Part shown: positions 21,740-33,600 of the stretch, piece after piece
Layout of the letters: every line of letters begins with the position of its first letter
Position numbering within the stretch: the stretch's first letter is position 1
From: a virus
IMG/VR virus record: IMGVR_UViG_3300025695_001209
Coordinates: 1 to 64,000 of that record
Strand: one strand, 5' to 3'
DNA: 64,000 bases
Translations under genes and position numbers: made by a program
The notes under the pieces: generated by a model
Database searches by the model: none
Told to the model about the DNA's origin: nothing
What the model saw: only the letters and a program-made list of their open reading frames with translations

Positions 21740-23116
21740 TTAAATACCCTCACGTTGCTTACGCTTCTCCATGAGGTCTTTTATTCTATCCCTTTGCTTC
21801 TCTTCTCTTTGTTCTTCCAGACCTAAGAACGTCATACTTTGTTCAGTATCAATAACTAACATTTCATTATCATACTTACAGTTTTCAAAGACCACCCCAT
21901 CTTTTCCGATACGTGACTTTGTAATTGCAATCGTACCTAAATTCATCTCTTTTTGTTGTAGAGACTTAGCAACTGAAATGATTACGTGACCAACTTGAGC
22001 TTTCTTAATCGACCCACCCATTTGGTCAGTGGTTACAACCTCGGAAGAAATTGATGAACGGTTACCTTGTGTTGCGGTCCATCCTACAATGTCTAATTCG
22101 TGACACATCGCCTCAAATCCTCTCATAACTGAACCTTCACTCTTCCACTCATCACCTAAATTTTTATCAGGCGATATACAATCGATGTAATCAACAACAA
22201 TCATATCGATTTTGTTTCCTTCCGCAATCATCTTCCTAACCTGATTCTTTATTTGACTCATAGTCATGGTATCTGATGGTAGTTTCTTCAACGTTAAAGA
22301 GTTAGTTGTATTCTCCTTAATCTCCTTAACTTTCTCCATTACTTCATCTCTATGACCCGATAAGTTATCAGGTGCAATTCCTGTCCATAATGTGAAGTGT
22401 TTACGCTGAATAATCTTCGGGTTGTCCTCAAAGAAAACCTGTAATACATTGTAACCTAAGTTAAATGCATTATTAGCTATTTTTGTGAGGAATGTAGTTT
22501 TACCTACACCTGTTGGTGCTAAGATAACACCTATCTCCCCTTTCGCTAAACCACCCTTCATAAGGTTATCTATACCTGCAACTCCCATAGGTATCGGATG
22601 ACGATAATCATCATCTAAAACCACATCTAAGTTAGCAAATACATCCGCAGTTCCAGCATCGACTTCACCGACTTGTAGTGCTTCTCTCACCATTTCCTCT
22701 AAGTGGTCGTAAGACTCAAAATCACCTTTATCTATGATTTTTTGAGCCTTTGACATTACCTTCTGTAACTCTTGTTGTTTACAGAACTTAAGTGACTTTT
22801 CCTGTACAAAAGTCGACCCTTCAATTGGTGACTCTTTTACGTCATTTATCATGTCAAACACCATTTTCTGAGCCATAGGCGAGGAAATCTCACTTTTAGT
22901 TAATTGCTCAAGTGTTGCAAACGTAGGAGTGTGTTCATACTTTACGTAGTACTCCTTAATCATTTGCATAATGATTTTAAAGTATTGATTATCAAAGTAC
23001 TTCGGGTCAATTACATCAACAATGGAATTGGCAAAGTCTTTGTCAACTACTATGTTGTTTATAAGCTGTATTTGGAATGAGTTACCAAGGTAACCGAAGT
23101 TTTTTTCTTTTGACAT
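21740..23116 (-). CDS. dnaB: Replicative DNA helicase (DnaB / T4 gp41 family)
   Basis: Walker A APTGVGKTT, Walker B IVVDYID, WTATQGNR, ITKSRIG. Confidence 0.92.
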   Translation of the reverse strand: MSKEKNFGYLGNSFQIQLINNIVVDKDFANSIVDVIDPKYFDNQYFKIIMQMIKEYYVKYEHTPTFATLEQLTKSEISSPMAQKMVFDMINDVKESPIEGSTFVQEKSLKFCKQQELQKVMSKAQKIIDKGDFESYDHLEEMVREALQVGEVDAGTADVFANLDVVLDDDYRHPIPMGVAGIDNLMKGGLAKGEIGVILAPTGVGKTTFLTKIANNAFNLGYNVLQVFFEDNPKIIQRKHFTLWTGIAPDNLSGHRDEVMEKVKEIKENTTNSLTLKKLPSDTMTMSQIKNQVRKMIAEGNKIDMIVVDYIDCISPDKNLGDEWKSEGSVMRGFEAMCHELDIVGWTATQGNRSSISSEVVTTDQMGGSIKKAQVGHVIISVAKSLQQKEMNLGTIAITKSRIGKDGVVFENCKYDNEMLVIDTEQSMTFLGLEEQREEKQRDRIKDLMEKRKQREGI

Positions 23117-23153
23117 ATCAATTAATTTTCTTTAGGGTAAAATATAAATATAC

Positions 23154-23606
23154 TTAAACTAACTTATAGTTCATGTACTCGTAGGTTAAATCTTCAGACG
23201 AGAAAATCTCAGTTAACTCCCGAAGTACACTTTTTAGTTGCGGACGTATGTCTACAGTGTATCTTATTTTAGGTGGGTATAATTTTCCGTCAAAAACTCT
23301 ATGACAAATTGTCTCATCTCCGAGTCTAATTTTTACGTGGAAGTTCTCTTCACCATCGGTATTCGAGGTATCTAAGATAGATGAGTCCACCGCAATTTGG
23401 TAGTAGTGGTCTAACATATACATGTTAGTTCTATCTTTTAAGATTTCAGTTAAATCGCTAGTAAAATCATTAACGAATTCTAAGACATCAATACTCTTTC
23501 TTGCCTTCGGATTGTACCCCCTCACGTTGAAGTATCTTTGAACAACTATGTTCTCATTCAACATTAAAAGGAATTCCATTTTTGTTACGTCGTTTTTTTC
23601 TTTCAT
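23154..23606 (-). CDS. Hypothetical protein in the replication operon
   Basis: 150-aa ORF between exonuclease and helicase, same strand, short spacing. Confidence 0.65.
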   Translation of the reverse strand: MKEKNDVTKMEFLLMLNENIVVQRYFNVRGYNPKARKSIDVLEFVNDFTSDLTEILKDRTNMYMLDHYYQIAVDSSILDTSNTDGEENFHVKIRLGDETICHRVFDGKLYPPKIRYTVDIRPQLKSVLRELTEIFSSEDLTYEYMNYKLV

Positions 23607-23613
23607 TTTTTTT

Positions 23614-24621
23614 TTAAATTTTGTTTTTGTAACGTTTTTTTTCTTTTCTAGTTAGTTTCATAAAAGGTGTTATAAAATCTACCCAACCATCGTCTTGTTT
23701 AGGTAGGTACTTGAAGATTCCATCTTTCATCATCATTCTCATTAGATTCTGATATCCTCTCCCTTCGGGGTCTAACTCTTCAGTATAGTAGAGTTCAACC
23801 ATTTCCATGCCCTCATCACTTATCATTGGGTTTGACAAATCTACGATTTTTTTGTTAATATCAAAGAATTCTTCACCTAAAACCCCTCTTTTAGTTTTTC
23901 CTTCAATGATACTTTGTATAATCTTTCTTTTGTCACCTTCAGATTGTAGCTCTTTAGCACGTTGTATAATATCGTCAACAGATGTGTAATTGTCCAATAT
24001 CTCAGGGAAAATCTTTGCAAAAGTTTTCTCACCTAATAAATAAATACCATCAATATTGTCAGACTTGTCACCTGATAAAATTTTAAATGTAGTTATATTA
24101 TAATGAGGTAATGAAATATCTTTCAATGGGATATTATCACCCTTCTTATAAAGGTTTCTATGATTAGGTGAGTAAACCTCCACATTATCTGAGATGAGCT
24201 GTGTAAGGTCCTTATCTGCTGAAAATATAGTTTTGTATTCGTCTTTAGAGACATTACAATAATGTGCAATAGCATCATCCGCTTCACACCCATCAATAGA
24301 TACCTGTCGGATAAACATCTCCTCCAAATACTTCTTAACTCTCGACAACTGCCATTCAAAAGAAATTTGTTGTTGTTCGTTAAGAGTTCTCTTTCTATTT
24401 CTTTTGTATTGTTCTAGTAGGACTCTTCTCGATACTGAGTTATCATCTGCATCCCAAAACACTATTATTTTATCATAATTGTGTTCAACTAAGAATTTTT
24501 TCAAAGTACTCACAAAATGGAAAATACCACCAATATGGTTACCCTCATGGTAGAATTCTCTCACTCCGTGAAAACCAATTTTAAATAAATTATTTCCGTC
24601 TACTAATAGTGTTTTTGTCAA
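23614..24621 (-). CDS. 5'-3' exonuclease / flap endonuclease (PolA N-terminal, T4 RNase H-like)
   Basis: LLVDGNNL, YKRNR, EADDAIA, SADKDLTQL, GDKSDNIDGI..LGEKT. Confidence 0.93.
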   Translation of the reverse strand: MTKTLLVDGNNLFKIGFHGVREFYHEGNHIGGIFHFVSTLKKFLVEHNYDKIIVFWDADDNSVSRRVLLEQYKRNRKRTLNEQQQISFEWQLSRVKKYLEEMFIRQVSIDGCEADDAIAHYCNVSKDEYKTIFSADKDLTQLISDNVEVYSPNHRNLYKKGDNIPLKDISLPHYNITTFKILSGDKSDNIDGIYLLGEKTFAKIFPEILDNYTSVDDIIQRAKELQSEGDKRKIIQSIIEGKTKRGVLGEEFFDINKKIVDLSNPMISDEGMEMVELYYTEELDPEGRGYQNLMRMMMKDGIFKYLPKQDDGWVDFITPFMKLTRKEKKRYKNKI

Positions 24622-24639
24622 CTTACCTTTAATTATAGG

Positions 24640-25641
24640 TTAGACATCTCTGACTTCTTCCAATTTGTAATCTCCGTCAGTTCCGATTACTTCTTTCCAA
24701 TACTCCGCCTGTTCTGACTTATATTGTTCAATTGATTTCTTTTCTTCGGTAGACTCTTTACCCGCCAAGAAACCGTGTGGTGTTACTATGATTTTACCAT
24801 CCTCATAACCTAAACCATTAATGTGGTTTTTCATTACAGACACTTTCGTTCTAACCGCAAATTTAACTTTTCTTTTGTCTTTAACTGCGGCTATTTTGTT
24901 AGTACCCGCATTCTTTTGATTACCAAATAAAAATACTAATGATGAGTTCAACCATATTGCTTCACCACCTTTAGCTTTAATCTTAGGTTGACCAAAAGGA
25001 TTATCAGGTAACTCAACCCACGGTTGGTTAACAATTAATAATGTGTTTTCATATTTCGAATCTGACTTTCTTGAACCTGATATTCTCTGATTAATACCCA
25101 TACCTATCTTATCCGCCAATGTAGCCGCGTTGTGTTGTTTACCTCCTTTACCGTCAAAAGTCATTTTACACGGTACTGAACCAACAGAATCCCATAAGAA
25201 TAGTAAGTCGTATTCCAACTCACCTTTTTCTTGGGCATCTAATAACTCATTGATATAATCAGTAATTTGTTCAATATATGAAAAGTTATTGTTAAATAGG
25301 AAAAACCCATCCCACTCTAACTCACCTGTTTCTTCGTCAACCACTTCATCACATTCGAAACCCATCGTTCTTGCATGTTCAAATGACCACTTCTGTTCGG
25401 TGATAATAAAAACAGGGAGGATACTTTTCTTTTGTGCATCAACCGCAGATTTAACCAACGCAGTTGTTTTACCCGTATCTGAGTGACCTAAAAACATATT
25501 TAAGTGACCCATTGCAGGACCAGGTACCCCGACCGCATCCAAAAACGCACTTCCTAAATCAAAAAACCTCTGTGGTTTGTATTTTGCTGAAGTTGAATAC
25601 TTTTTTTTCAGTGAACTGAAATCTTTTTTCTTTATTGCCAT
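24640..25641 (-). CDS. recA: RecA/UvsX-like recombinase
   Basis: GHSDTGKTT, LWDSVGS, IVNQ, KGGEAI, KNHI motifs. Adjacent to the SSB gene. Confidence 0.88.
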   Translation of the reverse strand: MAIKKKDFSSLKKKYSTSAKYKPQRFFDLGSAFLDAVGVPGPAMGHLNMFLGHSDTGKTTALVKSAVDAQKKSILPVFIITEQKWSFEHARTMGFECDEVVDEETGELEWDGFFLFNNNFSYIEQITDYINELLDAQEKGELEYDLLFLWDSVGSVPCKMTFDGKGGKQHNAATLADKIGMGINQRISGSRKSDSKYENTLLIVNQPWVELPDNPFGQPKIKAKGGEAIWLNSSLVFLFGNQKNAGTNKIAAVKDKRKVKFAVRTKVSVMKNHINGLGYEDGKIIVTPHGFLAGKESTEEKKSIEQYKSEQAEYWKEVIGTDGDYKLEEVRDV

Positions 25642-25653
25642 ATTTTTTTAATT

Positions 25654-25687
25654 AAAAGATGGTAACGACATTCGTGTCGTTACCATC
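25654..25687 (-). terminator. Hairpin / terminator between SSB and recombinase
   Basis: Perfect 13-bp stem GATGGTAACGACA-ttcg-TGTCGTTACCATC, followed by TTTT on the minus strand. Confidence 0.75.
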
Positions 25688-25701
25688 ATATTTGTGCTCC
25701 C

Positions 25702-26565
25702 TTAAAATGGTAAGTCCTCGTCCACATCCATTTTAGATTGTGGGTCCTCAACTTTACCTGTATTAGTATCAGTCGACATACTTCCACCAAATGATGTTTG
25801 TTCTTGAGTGTCGTTACCATATACGTATTTCTTTAACTCTGTGTCCCAAACAGGTGTTTCACCTCTTGAGATAGCTTCTAAGTATTCGACAGGTTTTTGT
25901 GCGTAAACATCTTGCCATGTCAACTCATCTTCAACCCACTCAGTCATTTGAGCCTTATCGGTATGTATCGGTGTTGGGTCATCATACATAATAGTTTTAA
26001 CTACCGTATATTCGATACCTGAAGGAGTTTTAGACTTAGATAAGTCCACGATTAAGTCACGACCTTCGTTTGCGTCTGTTACATCACCTTTTTGTTTCCA
26101 AATTGGAATGATTTTATCAAGGATACCTTCTTGTTTGTAGTTATCTTTGAATCTCCAAAATTTAGGTCCGTGGTCTTCATTGTCTCGGTCAATAACTTTA
26201 ACGATGTAAAACTTACGAGGACGATAAGTACGGGCCAATTCTTTATCTGAATCTTTACCTGTTGACATCAACTCTTCGTACACCTCAGTAAGTGGTGAAC
26301 GCTCACCATCATTCTTTCCTGGGTCGAATAGTTTTGTCCATTTACCGTCAATCTGTACTTCGTGGTACCACACTTCTTTAAATGGTGACGAACCATCTGG
26401 TGTCGGTAAAATACGAATGACTTTTTGTCCCGATTTAGTACCCTTAGGTAGATACGTTGTGAAGTACCTTTTTAATCTGTCTTCTTGAGAGATTTTGTTT
26501 CCACCACCCGTGTTGTTGGTGTTTTTTTCATACTGTGCTAACACAGCGTCTAATGCATTTGCCAT
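25702..26565 (-). CDS. Single-stranded DNA-binding protein (T4 gp32-like)
   Basis: VIRILP...PFKEVWYH, FYIVKVIDR, DVTDANEGRDL and acidic C-terminal tail ending DEDLPF. Confidence 0.85.
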   Translation of the reverse strand: MANALDAVLAQYEKNTNNTGGGNKISQEDRLKRYFTTYLPKGTKSGQKVIRILPTPDGSSPFKEVWYHEVQIDGKWTKLFDPGKNDGERSPLTEVYEELMSTGKDSDKELARTYRPRKFYIVKVIDRDNEDHGPKFWRFKDNYKQEGILDKIIPIWKQKGDVTDANEGRDLIVDLSKSKTPSGIEYTVVKTIMYDDPTPIHTDKAQMTEWVEDELTWQDVYAQKPVEYLEAISRGETPVWDTELKKYVYGNDTQEQTSFGGSMSTDTNTGKVEDPQSKMDVDEDLPF

Positions 26566-26610
26566 AATTTTTCTTTTTTCTCTTGTTATTTATTATCTTA
26601 AACTCTTATA

Positions 26611-26641
26611 CAAATATAGTGTTTACATCTATAAAGTCAAA
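26611..26641 (-). promoter_or_regulatory. Bacteroidota-type sigma-A promoter driving the SSB/recA/exonuclease/helicase operon
   Basis: Minus strand TTTG-19 nt-TATATTTG matches the -33 TTTG / -7 TAnnTTTG consensus exactly. Confidence 0.75.
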
Positions 26642-26652
26642 CCATCATAAAG

Positions 26653-26684
26653 AAAAAAAACCACTCGGGTTGAGTGGTTTTTTT
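26653..26684. terminator. Bidirectional-looking rho-independent terminator
   Basis: A-tract, CCACTC-gggtt-GAGTGG, T-tract. Confidence 0.8.
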
Positions 26685-26717
26685 ATAAAAAATCTTAGTA
26701 TGTTGGTTAAATTTTAG

Positions 26718-27335
26718 TTACTTACCTAAATCAGCTCCGAATGATTTACGAATGTCTGAGTCGGAATAGTTTTCGACCTCATCCGAAGTTAATATATATT
26801 CATTCTTACCCGTCTTTTCCATTTCTTCTGACTTATCATCAAAGAAATCTGTTAACTTTTGATTATATGGGTAACTATCTAAACTTCTTAATTGTAATTT
26901 TTCTTCAGGTGATTTTTCACGATACTTCTCAACCTTAGCTTCGATATCATTAATCTTTGATAGAATTTGGTCCATTTGTGATAACTTACCCTCTAAGTCT
27001 GATAACTTAGTGAACATTGTATCCATATATTCATCTTGTTTATCAGATATCTCAGTTTGTTTATTTACTAAATCTGTAATTTCTAACTCTTCGGTACCAC
27101 CTTCTATATCCATAGATTCAGATTCACCTTCGTCATTGACTTTCTCAACATCAGGGTCAGATTCCACATCAACAGGTTCAGGTATCTCTTCAGCTCCTGA
27201 ATCCATATCTAAGTCACCACCTAAATCACCACCTAAATCATCAGCGGCATCAACCGGCTCCTCTTGTTCACTTAAGTACCCATTAATGGTATTGTGTCTC
27301 TTAAGTTCTTCTAATATTCTTTTATCTATCGACAT
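26718..27335 (-). CDS. Acidic coiled-coil protein, possible internal head/scaffold-like protein
   Basis: 205 aa, very D/E-rich with DLGGDLGGDL repeat and heptad region MFTKLSDLEGKLSQMDQILSKINDIEAKV. Confidence 0.6.
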   Translation of the reverse strand: MSIDKRILEELKRHNTINGYLSEQEEPVDAADDLGGDLGGDLDMDSGAEEIPEPVDVESDPDVEKVNDEGESESMDIEGGTEELEITDLVNKQTEISDKQDEYMDTMFTKLSDLEGKLSQMDQILSKINDIEAKVEKYREKSPEEKLQLRSLDSYPYNQKLTDFFDDKSEEMEKTGKNEYILTSDEVENYSDSDIRKSFGADLGK

Positions 27336-27349
27336 AATCTTTTTTTATT

Positions 27350-27574
27350 TTACCCGTTAAGTAGTGTTTTCACACCGTGTGGGGTCTCAACTTTTAAGGT
27401 ACGGTTAACTTGTCTTGAGTTATCAACCCTCTCAATTAACCCATCTCTCATACTAACAGTATAACAGTCACCTGTATCTAAGTCACAAACCTCCTTGTAA
27501 CCATTTCCGGCATCTTTCTCAGTAATTCTCGTATCTTTTGACAAATACTGGTCTAATAATGTTTTTACATTCAT
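27350..27574 (-). CDS. Small hypothetical protein
   Basis: 74 aa with CDLDTGDC, preceded by the TATTTATA motif. Confidence 0.6.
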   Translation of the reverse strand: MNVKTLLDQYLSKDTRITEKDAGNGYKEVCDLDTGDCYTVSMRDGLIERVDNSRQVNRTLKVETPHGVKTLLNG

Positions 27575-27617
27575 AATATTACTTTTATATATAAATATAA
27601 CAAAAACTCAATTTATC

Positions 27618-30600
27618 CTATTGTGTTGATGCATACCATTTAATTGCTTTATCGAATATCGGTGTAACCTCCTCATATCTTTGTTTAATATCCTTTTCGT
27701 TTTGATTTGTAGGGTTAGTTATTATTCTATTAAATTCAGTATCTGAACTTATTTGTGAGTAATAATACTTGATGTATATCTTAGCATATAACTCTTCATT
27801 TTTATTAACATATTGAGCCGAACCAATTTGTGACATATCATTGTAAACTGACGGAGTATTAAACGATGCCTTGATTCCGTCCATACTTTTCTTCCAATCA
27901 CTAAATGACGCAATTGGTATATTTTTTCCGTTACTACTAACACATACTTGCCCTTCTAAATCACTAATATTTAATCCCCTTATCTTTTTATTTGTTGTTA
28001 AATTACCTAAATTACCATTTTTAAAGTTCACTGTACCACTGTTAAATCCGTTTTCAATCCATGGTATTACCCCAATTAACCTTCTAACATCATTATCATT
28101 CTGATTTAGTGATAACGTTTTAACATAATTACCAATATTACCATATGATAATGTTTCATCTCTTAATGGTACGTAAGATAGACCAGCATAATCAGTATAT
28201 GGTGTACAGAATGATGAGTCCACTTCGTTAAGAGCCACAGTACTACCTGCACTGCTAACATTGTTACCTGTATTTTGTGTGGTCTCAGTTGTCGTATTGT
28301 TAGTTTTAGGTTTCTTATAACTCGAATTAATTCTTTTTAACATGTCAATATTAACACTCATTGTTAAATCAGTAACACTAGGGAAAGAATATTTAGAAAT
28401 TCTAACACCACTAAACGTCGTCATAAAATTACCAGGACTAATACTATGTGATACATCTGTAATCCAATATGGACCTGTGAACATAGGAACATACCTTAGG
28501 TTAAAATACATCGTAGGTTGAATCATCATATTACCCATTGAAGTAATTTGGCAGTTGTAACTTCTGTTCTTATAAATGTTATATAAAGAGGTTGACTGTT
28601 GAGAGGTTTTAGAACCTTTACTCTGATTCGCCATATCTGTCAAAATACGGAACGATTCAGATGTATCCTTATATTGTGACTGGTCTAAACTTACAGATTT
28701 AAATATACCCTGGTTTCTCACACCAAAGTCAACATTAAACCCAACAACCTTATTTGATGAAGCGTAATCCGTTTTATTCGTTTGATTTTCTCTAAGAACT
28801 TGTGCTTTGTAAATGTCAAAACTGTCATCACCAAACCTATAATCGGTATTTTCGGGTTGTTTCAAATGTTCCGATACCTTATCAGTATATAGACACAAGA
28901 AACGTGGTCGACTTTTATTATGGTCGACCTCTAAGAATGTACCAAACACATCAGACGCTGAACTTTCAAAACCTTCTTCCGGCTTAGCGTCTTTAGCGGG
29001 TTCATTAACACCATAAAAATTCGTATATGACGGTAATGCCATAAATAACATATTATTACCCTTAATCAAATGACCTATTAAAGTGTAAATTGAGTTGGAA
29101 GCAGACTTATCATTAATGAAACCCATTAAACTCGATATGTCCACAATTAGTTTATCACCAATATCTCTATTTGCCTTATCTAAAAATAAAAAATCCTCAA
29201 ATAATGTCCTGTTTTGAAAATCACCACCAGCAATCCATTTATCATTTAATACTTTGAAAAACTCATATAACTCCAATTTAGCCACATCACCGTTCATTGA
29301 TGATTTTAAGTTTTCACTTTCCTCAGTAATCTTAGGTAAATCCTTATTTAATTTAGTGAATAAATTATTTTGGACCTTTCTCTGTGAATTATCCATTAAT
29401 GTTAGATATTCATTAAATAGTGACATGAACTGAGTATCAGTCATAGTTGAGTCTTGATACTTTTGAGTTGAATATATTTGAATTATAGGTGCTAACGTTC
29501 TCACATTATTTGCAGTAAATTCAATATTCATCTCCACGAAGAAATCGGTAATAGTCGAACCACTATCACTGTAACTCATACCGTCAGCATCGTACTCGCC
29601 AACAGACAACCTTAATGCCGTCCAAGCGTCAGGATATTGTGATTCACTAATTGCCACCGTAGTTGTATTACCCATCTCGGGTAATGAATCATTAACATAG
29701 TTTCCAAATTCTATTTTTTGATTCTGTGTTTGATATTGCGGGTCATCGGTAAATGAATACCAAGAGCGTCTGTTGAAATTTGATGGGTTACCTTGTTTAA
29801 AGATGTAAGTTTTATTTAATAAAACCTTAACTGAGTCTCTTAGACCTGTCATTTGTTTTTCGGCAATTAATACACCGTCTAAATCACCCTGACCTGTTAA
29901 GTTGGGTCTTTCAACAAAAAAGATATCTCTTAACGAATTAATTAAATTTGGTTTTTCTTCAACTTTACCTTTAATATCTACATTGTCCACATCTCGATTA
30001 GGGTCTTTACAAAAATTCAAAAACTCCTCTTCAAAACTATCCATTATTGATTCATTAAACACCGCTAGAATTTCCTCAATGGTTGAGTATTCAGAAACGG
30101 ACTCTAAATTAAAAGCCGTCTGATTATTACTGGTTATATCGATAGTCTTTATGTATTGTCTATATGTGGGTTTTTTTAGTAAAGAAGCATCGAAATACCC
30201 ATAATGTGAACCACCCCATATAGTTTTAATCGACCCATCATAAAGAGATTGTCTAATTGGTTCACCACTAATTTTACCTAACTTATCTATCACTTCAAAT
30301 TGATATTGATTAAAATTACCACCTCCAGCAGAAGGGTAACATAAGACTTTTGGTGTGTTAGTTACATCATATGTTTTAGGCTTATCGTAAAAGGCATAGT
30401 ACGAACTAATATTATATGTTGTGTTTCCTGACGACACATTAATTATTGAATCACTGTTTGTTGCGATTTTTAATCCATTACCATCAAAATTAGTTTTACC
30501 TTGATTATAATTAGTAAAATCTTGTTGTGTCGTACCGGTAATAAACTCATCATAACCAAATAGATAATTTACACTATTAACAATTTTTGGGTAAAACCCA

Positions 30601-33600
30601 ACATTACTAAGGTCTAAGTATGACGGTGTAGACGACACGGAAGGTAATAAGAAGTTCGTATTTAAAACGTAATCTAAGGTAGTAGTGTCCCCATATTTAG
30701 GTATTTTATAAACCGTAGATGGATTTGGTACACCCGATAACGGACCATATAAGTCATCCTCATCAACACTAGTCCACACATCGTCTAATATATCAATACC
30801 ATCGTTAATAAACTTCTTATATCTATGCCAAACAGAACCGTATTTAACAACCCATGCATAGGGCATTTTGTGTAACGCACCAAACTTATTATATATTGCG
30901 AAGTTATAATCATCATCAGGTTTTGAATCCCCATGATTGATTTTCTCCTTTAGTGTTTGTAGTGGTAACGAATTTAAATACATATACCCCATCGATACAT
31001 AAGGATTATCAATATTGTTTTTCTTATTCTCAACAGAGTTCGTTATTGAGTTTATAAAGTATGGTGTATTAAGTAATGATGTTGTCTGATACCTCGATGT
31101 AAATCCACTGTAATCATTACCGTAATCAATTTTACCTTCAGTGGCGTAGTAATCATTATTAGTTATTGTGTTATCAAATTTTGTCTTTATAGAAGTATAA
31201 CTAGGTATGTTAATGGTATCATCTGTATTATTAACCCATGAGCGTACTAAACTTGGTGTGTCTGAAAAGTCATTGAATAAATTGTTTTCATTAAATGAAG
31301 TGATGGTCATTTTACTATCAGAAAAGAACATCGAATGTGTCGTCGAGTTTGCTTGGTCCGCGTTAGGTATAGCATTACCCTTTGACACATTATTTCTTAA
31401 CCACGTTAAATCAGTTAATGGATACACATCTGTGAAACTCAAAGCATCTGTTTCTGATGATGACTTTAAGAACTCCCTCATTTTATTTTTACCATCATCT
31501 GAAACGTCAATCACGGGTGAATCGTCTTCATACTCAAACAAACTATATAACCCATAGAGTCTCTCATCATAAGCCCTTATATATGGGGTAACGAAAACAT
31601 CCGCTAAATATGTGTTCCATAATTCACCGGTACCGTTGTTAGAAATATGAGAAAGAACACTTTCAAAATTTGAAGAACTGAGACCTAATCTTTTAAGTTT
31701 CATTTTTAAATATGGGTCACTCTCAATAGCGTTCTTAATGGTGATAGTTTCAAAATCGGCAGTAACTTGATAAAGATTCTGTGACGACTCTTTTTTACGA
31801 TATATCTTAGTGTAGTTTGAAGATAATAGGGTTCTTTCCCATAATTCATATAAGAAATTTACCTCACTCAAATTAGTGTAAGGTATGTTATTAAACGGAA
31901 ACTCGGTAGGGTTTACAGGTATTGTTTTAATCTCCTTTTTTTGATTGGTGTAGTTGGCACTTTTTTGTTCTTCTCTTTTTTGAAGCTTACCCTTTATAAA
32001 CTCTTCAATAAACTTAACCTCAGGCCACTTATCAAATAGATACGCCTTAGTTTTAAACTCTATCTTAGGGTCACCAATATATTTTACAACGTATTTTTCG
32101 TTACCATCTTCATCTATTTCAGACTCAAAATACTGAGGCCAAGGATAAATTGTCTTATCATTGTCAGTTGTAGACAATACAGTATCTTTAGAGTCAACTC
32201 CATTGGATGTTTGCTCATTGACAATTACATCTTGTCTAATAGGGTCATCTTTTACATTCCATGCATCTCTGTGTACCTCATCCATCAGTCGATAAAATGC
32301 ATCAACATTTGCCATTAACATACCCATTACATTCCTAATTGTCGGTCTAAAACCTAATCCACCATCAGGACTTTCAACTTTTTGAGCCAACGCAGTTGAT
32401 AACTCTTTTTGTATCGTTTCCGATTTATCGGTAAAAATTCTCTCAATCTTATCAATCTTACTTAAGAACGAACCTGATAAAGTTTCTTTCTTATTAGTTA
32501 CCTGACCAAAACCATAAAACTGAGAACTTAATTCCTCATCAACCGTTAAGTCCTTATTTAAATATTTGTTTTGTAATTCAAAGTATGAGGTAGTTTCAAT
32601 ATTAAATGCTGCCAACTCACTTTCTGTCGGTGTTGCGTTTTTTTGTCTTTGAAAAGTTTTTTCGATATCAACGTTTTCGTAAACCAAATCAAATTTTAAA
32701 TCATTACTTGATATAGTAACTGGTATGTCTGAAGATTGTTTTTTACCCAAAATTGTGTATTCCCCATCTTCTCCAAACGTGGCATTTGTTAATAATTTTT
32801 CATTAAATTCGTTAATCTTAGCAACTAATTGTGCTTCAGCATCTTTTTGCTGTTGTAAACCGTTAGCACCTTTTTTAAGACCATAAAATACATTACCCTT
32901 TTTATCTATAAATGTCTTAGTAGTATCCAAATATTCAAATGGCCACCTTTTCGAACGGAATACGGTTATATATTCACGATAACTTCTTATTGTTTTCCTA
33001 TATAAATCAATATCATTTAATACTGATAAATCTTCTTTACTAAATTGTTGTCTAATAAAATCCTCCAACCCATTTAACCTAGACCCCAATTCTGATAAAT
33101 TTAATCTAGGAATCGATTCGTCAATTAACCCTTTAGAAATATATGTTGAGTACACATCACTAATGACTTTACTCCCACGAGTCACAACGATTGGTTTTGT
33201 AGAGACCTCACTATTACCCGCAGCGTTTTGTGCTATTTGTGCCAAATCTTGGGTACCTAACACTTTATTTAATGATGTCAAATCTCCGTTATAATCTGAA
33301 GGGTCCTCGTTACTATCAACCAATAAATTAGTCTCATACATATGTGGTAAGGCAAATAACGCACCAATCGATAAATCTGATAATATTGCAGCGGTACGTC
33401 CTATAAAAGAAACAGAAACCTTGTAGTTACCATCTGTTGGGTCAAATCGTGCATTAAAGCTTTTCATCATCAACTCATAACGTACTGCTTTACCATAAAA
33501 CCCTTTTACGGTTAAAAAGAATAATGGATATGGCATTTGTAAAAATGCCGAATATGGTGAGTTTTCACCTAATTCAAACAACGTCCTTCCCTGTACATCA

